Below, in pieces: positions 61,180 through 64,000 of a DNA stretch of 64,000 bases; position 1 is the stretch's first letter; each line of letters begins with the position of its first letter. The notes beneath the pieces are model-generated. The model saw only the letters and a program-made list of their open reading frames with translations. It did not search any database and had not been told where the DNA came from. This DNA comes from Candidatus Spongiisociaceae bacterium (GTDB taxonomy: Bacteria > Actinomycetota > Acidimicrobiia > Spongiisociales > Spongiisociaceae): assembly GCA_965202665.1 (NCBI GenBank), contig OZ241841.1:2304001-2368000 (forward strand), given 5' to 3'. A program made the position numbers and the translations under genes.

Positions 61180-62285
61180 GCCGGGCCGGATGGGGGAGGG
61201 CCCTCGTCCTCCTGGCGATTCTGGCGGTGATCGCCGCCGCCTGCGGCTCCGGGGCCGCGCCCGAGTCGGCTTCTCCAACCGAAGCGGAGGCCCCGCCCGC
61301 CCCGGCGACGACCGCCGCCCCGCCCGCAACCACGGCGGACTCCGCGGCGCCGGGTTCAACCGCCGTTGCGCCCGAATCGCCCCAACCGGAAGTTTCCACT
61401 ACCCCCGCCCCCGCCCAACCCGAAGCCGAGGCCCCCGCCGAGGAAGCAACCGAGGATGTCCCCGCAACCACCGAAGCCCCTACCTCCACCACCGCAACGG
61501 AAACCACCGTCGCCGCGCCGGCCACTACATCGACCACCGCTACTTCCGCCGTCGCCTCCACCACCGCCGCGACGACCACCGCGGTGGTTTCCGCCGATCC
61601 CGATCCCACCACCACCGTTCCCGCAACCACCACGACCACTACGACCACGGCCGTCACCACCACGACCACGGCCGCCACCACTACCGTCGCAACCACCACT
61701 ACGACGACCGCTCCCACCACGACGACAACCACCACAACCACTACCGCTCCCGCCAGGACGACCACCACCAGGGCCGCCCCTGCCACCACCAGGGCCGCCC
61801 CTGCCACCACCAGGGCCGCGCCTACCACCACGACCACCACCACGCCTACCACCACGACCACCACCCGGCCCCGGCCGCAGGGTCCGGCCGCCCCGTCGGT
61901 GACGCTGGCCCTCGACGATGGTTCCACTTTTAGTTCAGCCAACGCCTCCCGGCCCATCCTCTACGTGTTCTGGGCGGAATGGTGACCGACCTGTCAGCGG
62001 GAGTTGCCCGCTGTGGACAATCTGGCGAGGGAGTACCGGGGGCGGGTGGACGTGATCGCGGTGGCCTGGAAAGCCTCCTACGACGACACGGCCTCCCGGG
62101 CCCGGAGCCTGCTGACCAGCGGCGCGGTGCGCTGGGGGCTGGACGAAGACCAGAGCATTTTCGGAGCGTTCGGTTTTTCCTACCAGCCCAATATGGCTTT
62201 GGTCAGCCAAGGCGTGCTGGTGAAAAAATGGATAGGGGCCGCCCCCATGCAGGATCTGCGGGCCGAAATAAACAATCTCTTGTGA
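61176..62285 (+). CDS. TlpA/thioredoxin-like lipoprotein with long Thr/Ala/Pro stalk, predicted selenoprotein (UGA 61983-61985, UPTC)
   Basis: Lipobox AAAC; ~210 aa low-complexity linker; FWAEW-TGA-PTC-QRELP in frame to 62285; hairpin 61995-62013. Confidence 0.88.
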
Positions 62286-63499
62286 CAGCGCCACCCCCCA
62301 AAGTATTGGAGTCCCTCCCGCCGGCGGATGGACCCGCCGCGGACGGGGGCGGGACTCCCGAAGGAAACCCGCCGCTCCGGGTGGTCAAAGAGTTTTGGAC
62401 GGCCCGGCAAAGGCGGGGGCACAGCCTGCACGAGATAAGCTACCGGGCCTGTTTCAAGCCGCAACTGCCCGAATTTTTCATCGAAAAATACACCAGGCAG
62501 GGCGATTTGGTGGCGGACCCTTTTCTGGGACGGGGAACCACCCCGTTGCAAGCCCATCTGATGGATCGGCGGGCGGCGGGCAGCGACGTCAACCCGCTGT
62601 GCGTAATGCTGGCCCGCCCCCGGTTTGACCCGCCTCCCCTCCGCGAAGCGGAAGCCAGGTTGCGGGAAATCCTGGACGCCGGCGGCGATGTTGCGGACGC
62701 CGCCGCCCCCGAGGATGACCTGCTCGCCTTCTACCACCCGGACACCTTGTCGCAACTTTTGATCCTCCGGCGGTGGTTCATGGACCGGGAGCGGGAGGAC
62801 GGGTTGGATCGCACCGACGATTGGCTCCGCATGGTTTGCCTGAATCGCCTGAGCGGGCATTCGCCCGGGTTTTTCTCGGTGCGCACCATGCCGCCCAACC
62901 AGGCGGTGTCCGCCGAGTCGCAACGCCGCATCAACCAGCGGCAAGATCAAACCCCCGGCCCCAAGGACATCGTTGACATCGTGATGAGAAAATCCCGTTC
63001 GCTGTTGCGCACCGGATATCCCGCTCCGCAAACGCCGGCCCCTCCCATGTTGCGCACCGCCACCGCCGACCACCTCTTCTACCTAGCCGACGGCTCGGTT
63101 GATTTAGTAGTCACTTCTCCCCCTTTTCTCAACATTGTGGACTACCGCAAAGACAATTGGCTACGGTGTTGGTTCGCAGGCGTTGATGTTAGCGAAGTTC
63201 AAATAAGCGGTTTTTCCTCGGTCACCGAATGGAGGGGTTTTGTCCGCAACGCCCTGCGGGAAATGTCCCGGGTGGTGCGAGCGGGCGGCCACATAGCGTT
63301 TGAGGTGGGGGAGGTGCGCAACGGAGAGGTGCTGCTAGAAGAACAAGTGCTACAAGCATCGGAAGGGTTGCCCCTGATACCACGCGAGGTGCTGGTCAAC
63401 CAACAAAATTTCACAAAAACCTCCAACCTGTGGGGCGTAGACAACAACAACGGCGGCACCAACACCAACCGAGTAGTGCTTCTACAAAGAGCAAACTAA
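62282..63499 (+). CDS. DNA amino-methyltransferase (alpha order, SPPF; probably N4-C)
   Basis: GTGA overlap start; ADPFLGRGTT motif I, VVTSPPF motif IV. Confidence 0.85.
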   Translation: MTAPPPKVLESLPPADGPAADGGGTPEGNPPLRVVKEFWTARQRRGHSLHEISYRACFKPQLPEFFIEKYTRQGDLVADPFLGRGTTPLQAHLMDRRAAGSDVNPLCVMLARPRFDPPPLREAEARLREILDAGGDVADAAAPEDDLLAFYHPDTLSQLLILRRWFMDREREDGLDRTDDWLRMVCLNRLSGHSPGFFSVRTMPPNQAVSAESQRRINQRQDQTPGPKDIVDIVMRKSRSLLRTGYPAPQTPAPPMLRTATADHLFYLADGSVDLVVTSPPFLNIVDYRKDNWLRCWFAGVDVSEVQISGFSSVTEWRGFVRNALREMSRVVRAGGHIAFEVGEVRNGEVLLEEQVLQASEGLPLIPREVLVNQQNFTKTSNLWGVDNNNGGTNTNRVVLLQRAN

Positions 63500-64000
63500 T
63501 GACTACTAAGCCTTTCTATCAAGTTATCAAACACCTCACAGGATATAAGGTGTTTCCTTTGGCTAACGCTGATTTGGCTAACGCTGATTTGGCTAACGCT
63601 GATTCAGATTCGCCTGTTATCGATACGTTGCAACTCGTTGCGGATACGGTTGCTGAAGATATAACGCTAAACCCTATCACAAGGCCGCGTCCCAATGAAG
63701 TTGGCAATGACGTGAAGAAAAGAGTTGGTAAAGTATTAAAAGCAGAAAATAAAGTTAACATTATCCCTATGGCTAAAAAGGCAGATTATCTAGAGCCAGC
63801 AGGTTATCCAGATTTCAAGATTCGTATTGCTGACGAAATATATTTTTTGGAATGCAAGACCTTTCAATCTGACCAAAAGAAAAAATCAATGAGAAGTTTT
63901 TATTGTTCTGATGGTCCCTCTATACGAGAAAAAATTAACTGCGATGCTATTCATATTTTGATGTCCTTTGAAATGAGAAATCAAGGGAATAAATATACTC
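63499..64000 (+). CDS. Putative PD-(D/E)xK restriction endonuclease, 3'-truncated by window edge
   Basis: TAATG coupling to MTase; open to window end: MTTKPFYQ...NEVGN...GYPDF...YFLECKT; AT-rich; absent from ORF track. Confidence 0.75.
   Translation, partial: MTTKPFYQVIKHLTGYKVFPLANADLANADLANADSDSPVIDTLQLVADTVAEDITLNPITRPRPNEVGNDVKKRVGKVLKAENKVNIIPMAKKADYLEPAGYPDFKIRIADEIYFLECKTFQSDQKKKSMRSFYCSDGPSIREKINCDAIHILMSFEMRNQGNKYT
63558..63604 (+). repeat. 15-bp tandem repeat x3 (TTTGGCTAACGCTGA), encoding LANAD x3
   Basis: Read directly from the sequence. Confidence 0.92.

Noticed and set aside
61480-61870. ACC-rich repeats as a possible CRISPR array or non-coding satellite
   Set aside because: They are Thr codons in an open frame; no constant repeat-spacer structure and no cas genes in the window
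59321-62285. Reading the three split thioredoxin genes as nonsense pseudogenes
   Set aside because: The same TGA at the catalytic Cys position in three diverged copies, each with a conserved hairpin, fits Sec recoding far better

Overview
High-GC actinobacterial-type chromosome segment; F420 enzymes, DUF3090/SCO1664, actinobacterial SOS box and leaderless starts suggest Acidimicrobiia or a relative, but this is inference. Core genes: form I CO dehydrogenase coxMSL, trpB2, trpD, pgi-like/zwf, fabH, a sugar ABC/PLP-enzyme/RidA cluster, tRNA-Val(TAC), RNase P RNA and two tandem aquaporins. These are interrupted by several accessory, often AT-richer, defence-like inserts: two restriction-modification pairs, an unusual ATPase pair, a Rad50-like ATPase with a HEPN-like partner, and a frameshifted RqlH/RqlI-like pair. 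Two things stand out. (1) A ~10.5 kb island (41.9-52.4 kb) carries two convergent, highly diverged GHKL-ATPase three-gene cassettes, a PAPS-reductase-like gene and four clear paralogues of an 'ARLWW' (DUF6339-like) protein; it is a candidate undescribed DNA-modification/defence system. (2) Three neighbouring TlpA/thioredoxin-like lipoprotein genes (59.3-62.3 kb) are split by the ORF track at an in-frame TGA. They read as UxxC selenoproteins, each with a covarying SECIS-like hairpin 9 nt after the UGA. All family calls come from motif recognition by eye, not database searches.
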